From: Faecalibaculum rodentium
GTDB taxonomy: Bacteria > Bacillota_I > Bacilli_A > Erysipelotrichales > Erysipelotrichaceae
Direction: 5' to 3'
Assembly (NCBI RefSeq): GCF_001564455.1
Contig: NZ_CP011391.1
Coordinates: 960,001-992,000, forward strand
Length of the DNA stretch: 32,000 bases
Shown here: positions 1 through 8,456 of the stretch, one piece after another
Position numbering within the stretch: position 1 is the stretch's first letter
Layout of the letters: each line of letters starts with the position of its first letter
The notes under the pieces: model-generated
Seen by the model: only the letters and a program-made list of their open reading frames with translations
Database searches by the model: none
Told to the model about the DNA's origin: nothing
Made by a program: the position numbers and the translations under genes

Positions 1-509
1 GACTCATGGGATGGACAGCCGGCGGCTTTTCCCTCCGGACAGGCGATCTCCTGTCCCTGGGCTGCGCCCTGCTGTTTGCCTGTCATATCGTGAGTCTGCA
101 ATGGGCTGCCGGACAGGATCCGGATGTGATCAATGCCATACAGATGAGCGTGGCTGCACTGCTTTCGGCTGTGCCTGGACTCTCTGTAAGGTGGCCTGCC
201 CATCCCGGGCTTCTGCCGGTGCTTTCCCTGGTGTATCTCATCGCGGGCAGTACGTGGCTTGCATTCTGGCTGCAGACAAGGGCACAGGAACACCTGGAGG
301 CCTCAAGGGCGAGTCTGCTGCTGGCAACAGAGAGCCTGTGGGCCAACCTGTTTGCAGTCATTTTCCTGAAGGAGAGACTGTCGCCTGCCATGGCTGCGGG
401 CGGCCTTCTGATCCTGACGGCGGTGTATCTGACAGAACAGCCTGCCTCTGTCCGGAAGACGGCTTCCACGACGGAGCCTTCTTCCGCGACTCAGACAGAA
501 GAACCATAA
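1..509 (+). CDS. EamA/DMT-family transporter, C-terminal part (5' end outside window)
   Basis: The reading frame is open to the window edge. The sequence is hydrophobic and multi-TM, ending in an EamA-like half (…FLKERLSPAMAAGGLLILTAVYL) followed by a hydrophilic tail. Stop codon at 507-509. Confidence 0.7.
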   Translation, partial: LMGWTAGGFSLRTGDLLSLGCALLFACHIVSLQWAAGQDPDVINAIQMSVAALLSAVPGLSVRWPAHPGLLPVLSLVYLIAGSTWLAFWLQTRAQEHLEASRASLLLATESLWANLFAVIFLKERLSPAMAAGGLLILTAVYLTEQPASVRKTASTTEPSSATQTEEP

Positions 510-564
510 CGGGCCCAGGGGACAGATGTCATCAGATTGTGGGAAATTTCACACAGGTTCTCAG

Positions 565-593
565 TTGTGTTACATTCTGTGGAACGGTAAAAT
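565..593 (+). promoter_or_regulatory. Putative sigma-A promoter for the yneF-like gene
   Basis: TTGTGT (565-570), a 17-nt spacer, then TAAAAT (588-593), about 27 nt upstream of the ATG at 620. Confidence 0.35.
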
Positions 594-619
594 AGCGGAA
601 GAAGAAATGGGGTACGAAC

Positions 620-835
620 ATGAATTTCTGGGCGTCTGTCGGATTTACCCTTGTAGGCCTGATCATCGGGGCTGTACTGGGATTCTATTTCACAAAACGT
701 AAATTCGAAAAGGAACTGAAGGAGAACCCGCCGATCAACGAAAAAATGATCCGGGCGATGTTCCTGCAGATGGGACGCAAACCCAGCGAGGCACAGATCC
801 GGCAGATCATGAAGTCGGTCAATGCAAACCGCTAG
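620..835 (+). CDS. UPF0154/YneF-family small membrane protein
   Basis: 71 aa with an N-terminal TM helix followed by FTKRKFEKELKENPPINEKMIRAMFLQMGRKPSEAQIRQIM, the pattern typical of the YneF family. A short hairpin plus T-run follows at 834-857. Confidence 0.85.
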   Translation: MNFWASVGFTLVGLIIGAVLGFYFTKRKFEKELKENPPINEKMIRAMFLQMGRKPSEAQIRQIMKSVNANR

Positions 836-997
836 GGGGAGCCGATCCCTTTTTTTGTGCCGTTTTGGACCCAGCCATCAGACCTGACAGCCCTGTCTTT
901 CTGGAAAGCCGAATGACTGGCCACCGTCTGCAGGTACATGACAGCGCTGTAAGACAGAATCACGGCGGCAGATGGTAGAGTGGAAGCAGGTGATAAC

Positions 998-1714
998 ATG
1001 AAACGGTTTTTGCGAAACTGCCTGCTGATCCTGCTTCTGCTGGTAACTTGCGCAGGTGGATACATTGTGTGGCAGGGCTACGAAAAGGCACAGGAGATCA
1101 CAGCTGAAGTGAGTCTGGAACAGGCTGCGCAGCGGACCATGGCGGCTGCGGACTATACACCCCCTGACCAGATTCCGGAGACATTGAAGGAAGCCACTGT
1201 GGCGATCGAAGACAGGCGGTTTTATGAACATCAGGGCCTGGACATCATCGGTCTGCTGCGGGCAGCAGCCAGTCAGTTTCTGCCGGATATGGTCCGCAGC
1301 GGCGGCAGCACCATTGGGCAGCAGACGGTCAAGAACCTCTATGGACTGTTTGAGCCGACGCTGGAAATCAAGGTTGCCGAAGTCTTTCTGGCCAGTCAGC
1401 TCAATGATCTGTACTCCAAGGACGAAATTCTGACGCTGTACATGAACATCATAAACTATGGAGATGGTCATATCGGGATCACGAATGCAGCCAGGGGATA
1501 CTTCGGGGTGGAGCCGGCGGGACTCAGTCAGAGCCAGTGTGTCATACTTGCGGGAATTCCCAACAGTCCGGCCAACCTGCAGCTTTCGAATCACTATGAG
1601 GCTGCAAGGAACCGGGAGCAGCTGATTCTGCAGGCCATGGTCCGGGAAGAATATATTTCCCGGGAGCAGGCAGATGCGATCTGGAACGAACCTGTCTTTC
1701 TGCAGCAGTCCTGA
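998..1714 (+). CDS. Monofunctional peptidoglycan glycosyltransferase (GT51 family)
   Basis: N-terminal membrane anchor. GT51 motifs are present: EDRRFYEHQGLD, GGSTIGQQTVKN and KDEILTLYMNIINYG. ATG 998 is preferred over GTG 980 because AGGTGA lies 5 nt upstream. Confidence 0.85.
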   Translation: MKRFLRNCLLILLLLVTCAGGYIVWQGYEKAQEITAEVSLEQAAQRTMAAADYTPPDQIPETLKEATVAIEDRRFYEHQGLDIIGLLRAAASQFLPDMVRSGGSTIGQQTVKNLYGLFEPTLEIKVAEVFLASQLNDLYSKDEILTLYMNIINYGDGHIGITNAARGYFGVEPAGLSQSQCVILAGIPNSPANLQLSNHYEAARNREQLILQAMVREEYISREQADAIWNEPVFLQQS

Positions 1715-1730
1715 GGTGCTGCTTTTTTTT
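1702..1730 (+). terminator. Rho-independent terminator after the transglycosylase gene
   Basis: GCAGCA (1702-1707) pairs with TGCTGC (1717-1722), followed by T8 (1723-1730). Confidence 0.6.
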
Positions 1731-1879
1731 GTGATATTCCCGCAGATGCCGGGCAGGTGGACCCGGACTTCAGTCTGCAGCAGGGTCTGCGGGATGGAAA
1801 GGTTTCCAAGGGTACACGACAGGCAGTACAATAGATAGGATAGCCGGCGGCAGGTTCCGGCTGAATAGAGGTGCAAATC

Positions 1880-2785
1880 ATGGAAAAAGCGGAGAAACTG
1901 GCGCCACAGGGCCGGCATGAGGAAGCGGTTAAGGAACTGACGGCATGGCTGAAGGATCATGGCCCCAGCGACAGGGCACACGCGATGCTCATGTCAGAAC
2001 AGCGAAAGGCCGAACGGTTCAGGACTCCGGCAGGGCCATTCGAATATCAGCCCGTTCCCACACCGGATCCCAGGGCAAAGCTCTATGAGCGGTATCTGAA
2101 TGGAGAGAATGTCCTGGATGAGCTGATTCAGGCCCATCTGATGGTCCCGAAAAATCTGACTGTCGTGCCGGAAATTGTCAGACTGGTCGCAAAACAGCCG
2201 AAATCCATCCGGGGTCTGTATATTCTGGCAGTCACGCTGGGAGACCGTGCCGATGACTACCGCATGGGGGAAAAATTCGGGCAGACGTTTCTGAAGCACT
2301 GGCCGAAGGATGATCAGGTCAGACAGCGGATGCAGCATATGCTGGATTTCTGGAAGGACCGGCAGCCGGATGAGACCTCCACGGCCTGGAAACTGGGCCA
2401 CGGCGATGTGACAGCCATGGAGGAGCAGATCCTGATGCAGGAGAACCCCTGGCTGCAGGATCTGTGGGCAATGCATGCAGCTGCCAACGGGTCTCAGATG
2501 GGATTCTGTCATCTGGCAAGGCGGGCCCGTGACCGGGGCAACAGGGAGCTGGAGATCCGGCTGGCCCGGAACCTGAAAGATGCATCGGAATTCAGACAAG
2601 ACGAGCTGGAGTATCTGGTGTTTACAGTACATGATCTGGAAGAGGCTGACAGGTTGGCCTGGGAGCTTGATGACGACAGTCAGTCCGAGTGGCTGCGGCT
2701 GATCCATTATGAGCAGGGGAAGACACAGGACTGCGAGGGCATCGAGGAGCTCACGGAGAAGTATGCCCGCTCTCTGGAAATCTGA
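1880..2785 (+). CDS. Hypothetical cytoplasmic protein (301 aa, Trp/Asp/Glu-rich, no domain recognised)
   Basis: Long ORF with AGAGG 8 nt upstream of ATG 1880 (the track's GTG 1871 is less likely). No signal peptide or TM segment. The antisense ORF has junk-like composition. Confidence 0.6.
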   Translation: MEKAEKLAPQGRHEEAVKELTAWLKDHGPSDRAHAMLMSEQRKAERFRTPAGPFEYQPVPTPDPRAKLYERYLNGENVLDELIQAHLMVPKNLTVVPEIVRLVAKQPKSIRGLYILAVTLGDRADDYRMGEKFGQTFLKHWPKDDQVRQRMQHMLDFWKDRQPDETSTAWKLGHGDVTAMEEQILMQENPWLQDLWAMHAAANGSQMGFCHLARRARDRGNRELEIRLARNLKDASEFRQDELEYLVFTVHDLEEADRLAWELDDDSQSEWLRLIHYEQGKTQDCEGIEELTEKYARSLEI

Positions 2786-2859
2786 CGGAAGCAGCTAAAT
2801 AGAGACAACGGATTCGTTCTCCGTTCCTGTGTAAGGTAAAACTGTGTTAAACTTGAGAC

Positions 2860-3228
2860 ATGGTATTCTGGGACAACGTTCAAAGGCTGCTGGATGAAGC
2901 CTTTCACGGAAAGATCAAAATCTCATCGGTACGCAATACAGCCAACGGTGCGGAAGCGGCAGCGGGAGAGTGGATCATTATGCTGGAGCGCTGCAGCAGC
3001 TCTGATCTGGTCCCTGTCTGGAGGCTCATGATGCGGCGGCAGGAGGAGACAGGAAAGCCGGTTCTGGCGGTTCTGCTGGATGAAGAGCATCCTTCCACTG
3101 CGGGGCCTCTGCATCTGGAAGGAGAGGATGGTCCGTTTCCGGGACTGCTCATCTACCGGTTTGGCACAGACAGTCCGCAGGTGCTGGAACAGGCCAGAAG
3201 GATTGCACAGCTGTACAGAATTCATTGA
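2860..3228 (+). CDS. Hypothetical protein (122 aa)
   Basis: The ORF is co-directional with 1880-2785 and 74 nt downstream of it. It is followed by a terminator at 3235-3256. The RBS is weak. The overlapping antisense ORF 2923-3384 is Arg/Cys-rich and looks like junk. Confidence 0.5.
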   Translation: MVFWDNVQRLLDEAFHGKIKISSVRNTANGAEAAAGEWIIMLERCSSSDLVPVWRLMMRRQEETGKPVLAVLLDEEHPSTAGPLHLEGEDGPFPGLLIYRFGTDSPQVLEQARRIAQLYRIH

Positions 3229-3234
3229 CTCAAT

Positions 3235-3256
3235 GCGCCCGACAGGGCGTTTTCTT
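3235..3256 (+). terminator. Rho-independent terminator
   Basis: GCGCCC-GACA-GGGCG(T) hairpin followed by TTTTCTT. Confidence 0.6.
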
Positions 3257-3435
3257 ATTGCTTCCGAGTAGTGACAGATGTTCGTATCCGTAACAAGAAC
3301 CGGGGCAGCCATTGAACGAGGGTAAACATCATGAGATACTGTCGCAGTTGCATATTTCATACAGGTACGTGCAACGGATACCACACTGGATCGAATTCTG
3401 AAAAGTCAGATATACGAAAGAAACTGGAGGATATT

Positions 3436-4584
3436 ATGAATTTTCTTGAAAACAACAGTACAAAAATAGCAGGCATCCTTTGCACTGCCACAATGCTGCC
3501 GGTGGCAGGTACAGTCATGGCCATGGAAATGGCTCCCGGCTGGACAGAAGATGACAAATACGTGACGGAAGCCGGAAAGCTGGCGACAGGCTGGCATGAA
3601 ATCGATGGAGAGACTTACTACTTCGATGAATCTGGTTCCCTGGATACAGAGACGACATCCAGAGCGTATACTGCACAGAGCACAACACTGGTAAGCGAGG
3701 ACCTGAAGGAAACCATCCGTCAGACCATTGTGGAGGAACAGGCTGCCGAAGAGGAAGCCATCCAGACATTTGCAGAAGAAGTGGCGGATGATCAGGCAGT
3801 GGAAGAAGCTGCACCGGAAGCCGCAGACACCACAGTTCAGCCGGAAACTGAACCTGTCGTGACGCCGGCTCCTGAAGAAACAGTACAGCCCGAAGCAGTG
3901 CCTGAAACCCCGGTGGTGCCTGAGGCTGCAGAACCTGTACAGCCGGAAGCGCCTATCGTGCCTGAGGTTACAGAACCTGTACAGCCGGAAGCACCCATCG
4001 TGCCTGAGGTTACAGAGCCTGTGCAGCCGGAAGCACCCATCGTGCCTGAGGTCACAGAACCTGCACAGCCGACAACACCCGTGGTACCGGAAACTCCTGT
4101 ACAGCCGGAAGCACCGGTCGTGCCCGAAACACCCGTTGTTCCGGAAGCACCTGTACAGCCGGAAGCACCGGTCGTACCCGAAACACCCGTTGTTCCGGAA
4201 GCGCCTGTACAGCCTGAAACTCCGGCACAGCCTGCAGGTCAGTACGACCAGCTCAACCAGAACATTGCCAATGCAGCTCTGGGCCTCGTGGGTGTGACCA
4301 ACGGCTGGCAGTGCACAGAGGTGGTCACAAATGCCCTCAATCAGGCGGGCGTCGCTGCAGGTGTGGTATGGCCGGATCAGTACCTGCAGTATGGTCAGGT
4401 CACTGACACTCCTGTGGCCGGCAACCTGATTTACTATGATCAGGGCGGCCGCGGTCTGGACCACATTGCGATCTACATCGGTAACGGCCAGGCAGTACAC
4501 GGCAACTTCGATGGACAGACCGTTGTGTCCAGTGCCTATCTGCCCGGCGCAAACAGCATGACCTTCATCCAGATTGTTGCGTAA
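3436..4584 (+). CDS. Secreted cell-wall hydrolase: signal peptide, cell-wall-binding-type repeat, Pro/Glu/Val/Thr-rich linker and a C-terminal NlpC/P60-like domain
   Basis: GGAGG at 3426-3430 precedes ATG 3436. The N-terminus is signal-peptide-like ([29 protein letters not shown]). [19 protein letters not shown] resembles a choline/cell-wall-binding repeat. The C-terminus carries a candidate catalytic Cys (GWQCTEVV) and His ([16 protein letters not shown]). Confidence 0.8.
   Translation: MNFLENNSTKIAGILCTATMLPVAGTVMAMEMAPGWTEDDKYVTEAGKLATGWHEIDGETYYFDESGSLDTETTSRAYTAQSTTLVSEDLKETIRQTIVEEQAAEEEAIQTFAEEVADDQAVEEAAPEAADTTVQPETEPVVTPAPEETVQPEAVPETPVVPEAAEPVQPEAPIVPEVTEPVQPEAPIVPEVTEPVQPEAPIVPEVTEPAQPTTPVVPETPVQPEAPVVPETPVVPEAPVQPEAPVVPETPVVPEAPVQPETPAQPAGQYDQLNQNIANAALGLVGVTNGWQCTEVVTNALNQAGVAAGVVWPDQYLQYGQVTDTPVAGNLIYYDQGGRGLDHIAIYIGNGQAVHGNFDGQTVVSSAYLPGANSMTFIQIVA
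3931..4071 (+). repeat. In-frame 42-bp tandem repeat, about 3.4 copies ([14 protein letters not shown])
   Basis: Units at 3931-3972, 3973-4014 and 4015-4056 differ by only a few bases. A partial fourth unit spans 4057-4071. Confidence 0.9.
4105..4212 (+). repeat. In-frame 54-bp tandem repeat, 2 copies ([18 protein letters not shown])
   Basis: 4105-4158 and 4159-4212 are near-identical, with 2 differences seen by eye. Confidence 0.9.
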
Positions 4585-4604
4585 TTTTAAATTGCATTGC
4601 AAAA

Positions 4605-4632
4605 GCGTTCCCGTATGTGGAGCGCTTTTTTC
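4605..4632 (+). terminator. Rho-independent terminator of the hydrolase gene
   Basis: GCGTTCC (4605-4611) pairs with GGAGCGC (4619-4625), including one G-U pair. A T-run follows at 4626-4632. Confidence 0.7.
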
Positions 4633-4712
4633 TTAGGATAGATGGCTCAAGATCCTGCTGCCGCATGAACCCGTTTGCAGAGTCAGCCCGCAACCCGCTC
4701 CCGGAACAACAC

Positions 4713-4739
4713 AAAAAGAGCATCCGTTTACGGATGCTC
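4713..4739 (-). terminator. Rho-independent terminator of the MFS/small-protein transcription unit
   Basis: On the minus strand: GAGCATCCG-TAAA-CGGATGCTC followed by TTTTT (plus-strand A-run at 4713-4717). Confidence 0.75.
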
Positions 4740-4756
4740 CCATATGAATGAAAGGA

Positions 4757-5038
4757 TTATTCGTTGTCTGTATCCACAGTCTGCTGATCCTTCAGGAACC
4801 GGCCAACAGCGTTGGCTTCGCCAAATGCAGTATCCAGGTTGTCATATACAGAGACAATGGCATTCAGTTCGCTTGCGATGTCATCGTCTTTGATCGCTGC
4901 TTCTTTTTTCTCCAGCGAGCTGACCACCAGGTCCAGAACGGACATGGCCTTGATCAGGTGTTCCTTGATTTCTTCGACAGAATCAATCTGTCCATCCAGC
5001 AGAGATTTCTGCTCATCCACTACGATTTTATCAGACAT
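4757..5038 (-). CDS. Small acidic, predicted all-helical protein (93 aa), function unknown
   Basis: Strong RBS (GAAGGAGG about 9 nt upstream of the ATG at 5038). A terminator lies immediately downstream. No TM segment or signal peptide. It is co-directional with the MFS gene, with no terminator between them. Confidence 0.65.
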   Translation of the reverse strand: MSDKIVVDEQKSLLDGQIDSVEEIKEHLIKAMSVLDLVVSSLEKKEAAIKDDDIASELNAIVSVYDNLDTAFGEANAVGRFLKDQQTVDTDNE

Positions 5039-5139
5039 AGGTTGTTGCCTCCTTCAGTCTTTGACTAGATTCATTGTATCGTTTTTCACAATACAGGCTT
5101 AGTGCTTTGCCTGAAACCTGCATGGCTTCTGGCCCGGAT

Positions 5140-6570
5140 TCAGTCCCTGGCAGTCTTTGCCTGTTCAGCTGCAGAAGTACGGCTGTTTTTGTTCATGATC
5201 GGCCGGAAGAACAGGACAACCAGCAGCAGACCAATGACAGCCACACCCGCGGAGAGCAGGAACGTTGTGTCGATTCCGTGACTCATGCCCACAATACCGG
5301 CTTCCGCGGCTGACAGGGAGTCATAGGCAATGCCATCCACTGTTGCGGCTATGGAGTTGGCCAGTGTGATGGTGAATCCAATGATCGAAGTACCGATGCC
5401 CAGGTCAGAGGGCTTCAGGACTTCCTGGGCAGCAGGGGTGGCAGCAACCGACCGGAAGGCATCTGCAATTCCCGTGAGTCCCACCATCAGCATGATGAAC
5501 CAGATGGGCATGTTCACGCCCACGAATACCAGCAGGGCACAGGGCACGATCACAAAGATGCAAGAGAGGGCCAGGGCCATCCAGGTGTGAGATTTCCGCT
5601 TTGCGACCCAGATACCGAAGGCAGTCGGCACGAGAATCAGAACGATGGTCTTCGACAGCTGCAGGGAACCGGAGGCAGAGGTACCGGCCTGGAGCACATT
5701 CTGTACACCAAGGGGCAGGTAGTTGTTCAGGGCGATCAAATAGAACACCGTGCAGAAGGTGATGGCCAGCAGCAGGACATACTGCCTGTTCTGGAACAGC
5801 GCCATGGGAACCAGGGGCACAGCAGCCCGGTTTTCCCAGTATACAAACGCCAGCAGGGAACCGAATCCGACGAGGAAACCGGTCATGATCAGGCCGTTGA
5901 ACCAGCCCATCCTGGCGCCGAAGTTCATCGCCAGCAGCAGGGTGGACAGGCAGACAGTCAGAAGGATCATACCCATCCAGTCGAGGTGGAGGCCGCCTTC
6001 GTGGGAATCATCATACATGTTTTGATAGATCAGCCAGATACCGGGTGCCAGTGTCAGGCAGGGGAATGCAACGGCGAGCCACATGAGGTTGTTCTGAACG
6101 AGCACACCCGCCAGCCAGGATCCGACAAAACTGCCAACGGCCAGCACCGTTGCCAGCATACCGAAGATCTTGCCCTGCACCTGCGGGGGGTTGACTTCCC
6201 GGGCCAGGATATAGGGGACGGAACTCATGGCACCCTGGGCCATGGAGAACAGGATCCGCATGATGATGAATACCCAGAGATTCGGGACAAAGGCCATGAC
6301 CAGTCCGGAGATCAGGGAAATCGCACCGGCGTAAAGCGTGACTTTCCGGTTGCCGAGTCCATCAATGAGGCGACCACCGATGGGTGTCATGATGGTCATG
6401 CAGATGGCGGCAATCAGTGTGATAAGGGAAAAGTACGATCCGCCGCCCATGGAGTCCAGCATTGGCTGCTGGATCGTGGCCAGAGACAGGCCATAGGCGG
6501 CAATCGTAAACATGACAAAGTAGCAGCCAATCATGATTCTGCTTCTTTGTGAATCGGTTACGGTAGACAT
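5140..6570 (-). CDS. MFS transporter (476 aa, DHA2-like, about 14 TM segments)
   Basis: AAGGAGG RBS upstream of the ATG at 6570. The protein is highly hydrophobic with an MFS motif-A-like GGRLIDGLGNRKV after TM2. Its length is typical of 14-TMS drug:H+ antiporters. Confidence 0.9.
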   Translation of the reverse strand: MSTVTDSQRSRIMIGCYFVMFTIAAYGLSLATIQQPMLDSMGGGSYFSLITLIAAICMTIMTPIGGRLIDGLGNRKVTLYAGAISLISGLVMAFVPNLWVFIIMRILFSMAQGAMSSVPYILAREVNPPQVQGKIFGMLATVLAVGSFVGSWLAGVLVQNNLMWLAVAFPCLTLAPGIWLIYQNMYDDSHEGGLHLDWMGMILLTVCLSTLLLAMNFGARMGWFNGLIMTGFLVGFGSLLAFVYWENRAAVPLVPMALFQNRQYVLLLAITFCTVFYLIALNNYLPLGVQNVLQAGTSASGSLQLSKTIVLILVPTAFGIWVAKRKSHTWMALALSCIFVIVPCALLVFVGVNMPIWFIMLMVGLTGIADAFRSVAATPAAQEVLKPSDLGIGTSIIGFTITLANSIAATVDGIAYDSLSAAEAGIVGMSHGIDTTFLLSAGVAVIGLLLVVLFFRPIMNKNSRTSAAEQAKTARD

Positions 6571-6730
6571 AAAACTCCTCCTTGTTTAGCTAGATTATAG
6601 ATTTTTGGCACTGGCTCTTCCCCTGATGTGCCTTGAAGAGTAAAATCGAACGGAAAAGGAAGGTGTTTGATTATGGATACGCTTGCTCTGTTTCTGGAGC
6701 GCAAAAACATCGAAGTTTCCCTCAAGCGCT

Positions 6731-7798
6731 ATGGCACAGGGGCTTTTCGCCTCTTTGCTGATCGGCACGATCATCAACACGCTGGGCACGCAGCTGAACA
6801 TCCACCTGCTTACGCAGCCGGTGGCCATCGTGGGCGGAACGGAGTATACCATTGGCGGTCTGGCCAGCGCCATGAGCGGTCCGGCCATGGCGGCTGCCAT
6901 TGGCTATGCCTTGCAGGCACCGGCCCTGGTGCTGTTTTCCCTGATCACTGTGGGCTTTGCTGCCAATGCCCTGGGCGGTGCAGGCGGACCTCTGGCTGTA
7001 TATCTGATTGCCATTGTGGCGGCTGAACTGGGAAAAGCGGTATCCGGTGAAACGAAAGTGGACATTCTGGTGACGCCGATTGTCACGATTTTCTCCGGCA
7101 TTCTTCTTTCTCACTGGTTTGCACCGGCCATTGGTCAGGCTGCGATGCAGACAGGCACGTTCATCATGTGGGCAACCACACTGCAGCCGTTTCTGATGGG
7201 GATTCTGGTTTCGGCGTTCATGGGCATCGCCCTGACCCTGCCGATCTCCAGTGCAGCCATCTGCGCTGCGCTGGGGCTGACCGGGCTGGCGGGAGGCGCC
7301 GCCCTGGCCGGCTGCTGTGCACAGATGGTGGGTTTTGCGGTGATGAGCTGGAAGGAAAACGGACTGGGCGGCCTGGTTTCCCAGGGCCTGGGCACCAGCA
7401 TGCTGCAGATGGGCAATATCGTGAAGAATCCCAGGATCTGGATCGCGCCCATCGTCACCAGCATGATCACAGGTCCCTTGGCAACCTGCCTGTTCGGGCT
7501 CCAGATGAATGGCCCTGCGGTATCCAGCGGTATGGGGACCTGCGGGATGGTGGGCCCCATTGGCGTTTACAGCGGCTGGGCACAGGAAATGGCTGACGGG
7601 ATCCGTTCCGTGATTTCGCTCTCTGACTGGACAGGACTTCTCCTGATTTCCATCGTGCTGCCGGCAGTGATCTGTCCCGTGATTCACCGCCTGGTGGTGA
7701 AAGCCGGATGGGTCAGGGAGGGCGACCTTACACTGGCTGGCGCGAAGGCAGCCCCGGCAACCGTGGCTGCGGGCACAGAAGCGGGATCCAAAGAATAA
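6731..7798 (+). CDS. PfoR/COG3641-family membrane protein (often annotated 'PTS sugar transporter subunit IIC'); N-terminus apparently frameshifted
   Basis: The conserved body starts at AMAQGLFASLLIGTIINTLGTQL and is polytopic and Gly/Ala-rich. The family-like N-terminal peptide (MDTLALFLERKNIEVSLKRYG) with a good RBS is at ATG 6673 but in a different frame. See the finding at 6667-6740. Confidence 0.75.
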   Translation: MAQGLFASLLIGTIINTLGTQLNIHLLTQPVAIVGGTEYTIGGLASAMSGPAMAAAIGYALQAPALVLFSLITVGFAANALGGAGGPLAVYLIAIVAAELGKAVSGETKVDILVTPIVTIFSGILLSHWFAPAIGQAAMQTGTFIMWATTLQPFLMGILVSAFMGIALTLPISSAAICAALGLTGLAGGAALAGCCAQMVGFAVMSWKENGLGGLVSQGLGTSMLQMGNIVKNPRIWIAPIVTSMITGPLATCLFGLQMNGPAVSSGMGTCGMVGPIGVYSGWAQEMADGIRSVISLSDWTGLLLISIVLPAVICPVIHRLVVKAGWVREGDLTLAGAKAAPATVAAGTEAGSKE

Positions 7799-7808
7799 AA
7801 CCTGACTG

Positions 7809-7867
7809 AAAAAACGGCATCTGTTTCAGGTCCGTCCAATTCCCTGGACCTGGCAGATGCCGTTTTT
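7809..7867. terminator. Long bidirectional terminator hairpin
   Basis: AAAAACGGCATCTG pairs with CAGATGCCGTTTTT, with an inner CAGGTCC/GGACCTG helix. An A-run lies 5' and a T-run 3'. The hairpin sits between two convergent genes. Confidence 0.75.
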
Positions 7868-8006
7868 CTATGGATGTCTTACACCTCTGATGCAGTACAG
7901 ATGGTTTCCGCTTTGTGTCCGGCTTCACAGAAGGACAGCTGTCTTTGCTGGATAAATGCCTGTATGACACCGCAGGAATCAGCCCTGAGCTGAGTGACCC
8001 CAGGAA

Positions 8007-8456
8007 TCAAGCGTTTGTAACGGCCTGGCCGTCAGCCGCTGTATCCATCTGCTTCGGGGAGAATGCGCTCTTGGGAGCACCGCACAGCGGGCAGACGAAA
8101 TCCTCCGGCAGATCCTCAAAGGCGGTACCTGGAGCAATGCCGGCTTCCGGCAGTCCGAGTTCCGGATCATATTCCCATCCGCAGACATCACAGACATAGA
8201 CATCTTTTTTTGTCAGCGCAATGCCCATGTCCAAAGCTTCCATGGTTTCTTTGTCCTCGGGAGAATCATTGTCGATGACTTCTTCGATGGCCACAAAGTC
8301 CGACTTCGGATGTTTGCACATCGGGCATCTCCAGTCTTCCGGCAGATCGGCAAAGGGAGTGCCTGCCGGAATGTTCTGCGCGGGATCGCCCTTTTCAGGG
8401 TCATAGATATAGGGACAGATGGTGCATTGATATTTAGGTCCAAGGTTGTTGTTCAT
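8007..8456 (-). CDS. Two-domain (tandem) rubredoxin
   Basis: Two complete rubredoxin modules are present. The first is [16 protein letters not shown]…DWRCPMC. The second is [15 protein letters not shown]…DFVCPLC. Each has CxxC…CPxC, and they are joined by an acidic linker of about 30 aa. ATG 8456 is preferred over 8495 because AAGAGGA lies 7 nt upstream. Confidence 0.85.
   Translation of the reverse strand: MNNNLGPKYQCTICPYIYDPEKGDPAQNIPAGTPFADLPEDWRCPMCKHPKSDFVAIEEVIDNDSPEDKETMEALDMGIALTKKDVYVCDVCGWEYDPELGLPEAGIAPGTAFEDLPEDFVCPLCGAPKSAFSPKQMDTAADGQAVTNA

Noticed and set aside
3229-3435. Possible c-di-AMP (ydaO-type) riboswitch or WalR boxes upstream of the NlpC/P60 gene.
   Set aside because: Only vague fragments are present (GAACCGGGG, ACGAGGGTA). 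No paired TGTWAH-N5-TGTWAH is present, and the conserved ydaO helices could not be traced by eye. A cmsearch would be needed to revisit this.
3840-4240. Regularly spaced repeats that might superficially suggest a CRISPR-like array.
   Set aside because: The units are contiguous with no unique spacers. They are in-frame and encode a Pro-rich linker inside a clear hydrolase ORF.
6667-7026. The 119-aa ORF starting at 6667 as an independent gene.
   Set aside because: Only its first 20 or so residues look protein-like, matching the PfoR-family N-terminus. The remainder is an out-of-frame reading of the PfoR body. It is interpreted as the frameshifted 5' end of that gene.
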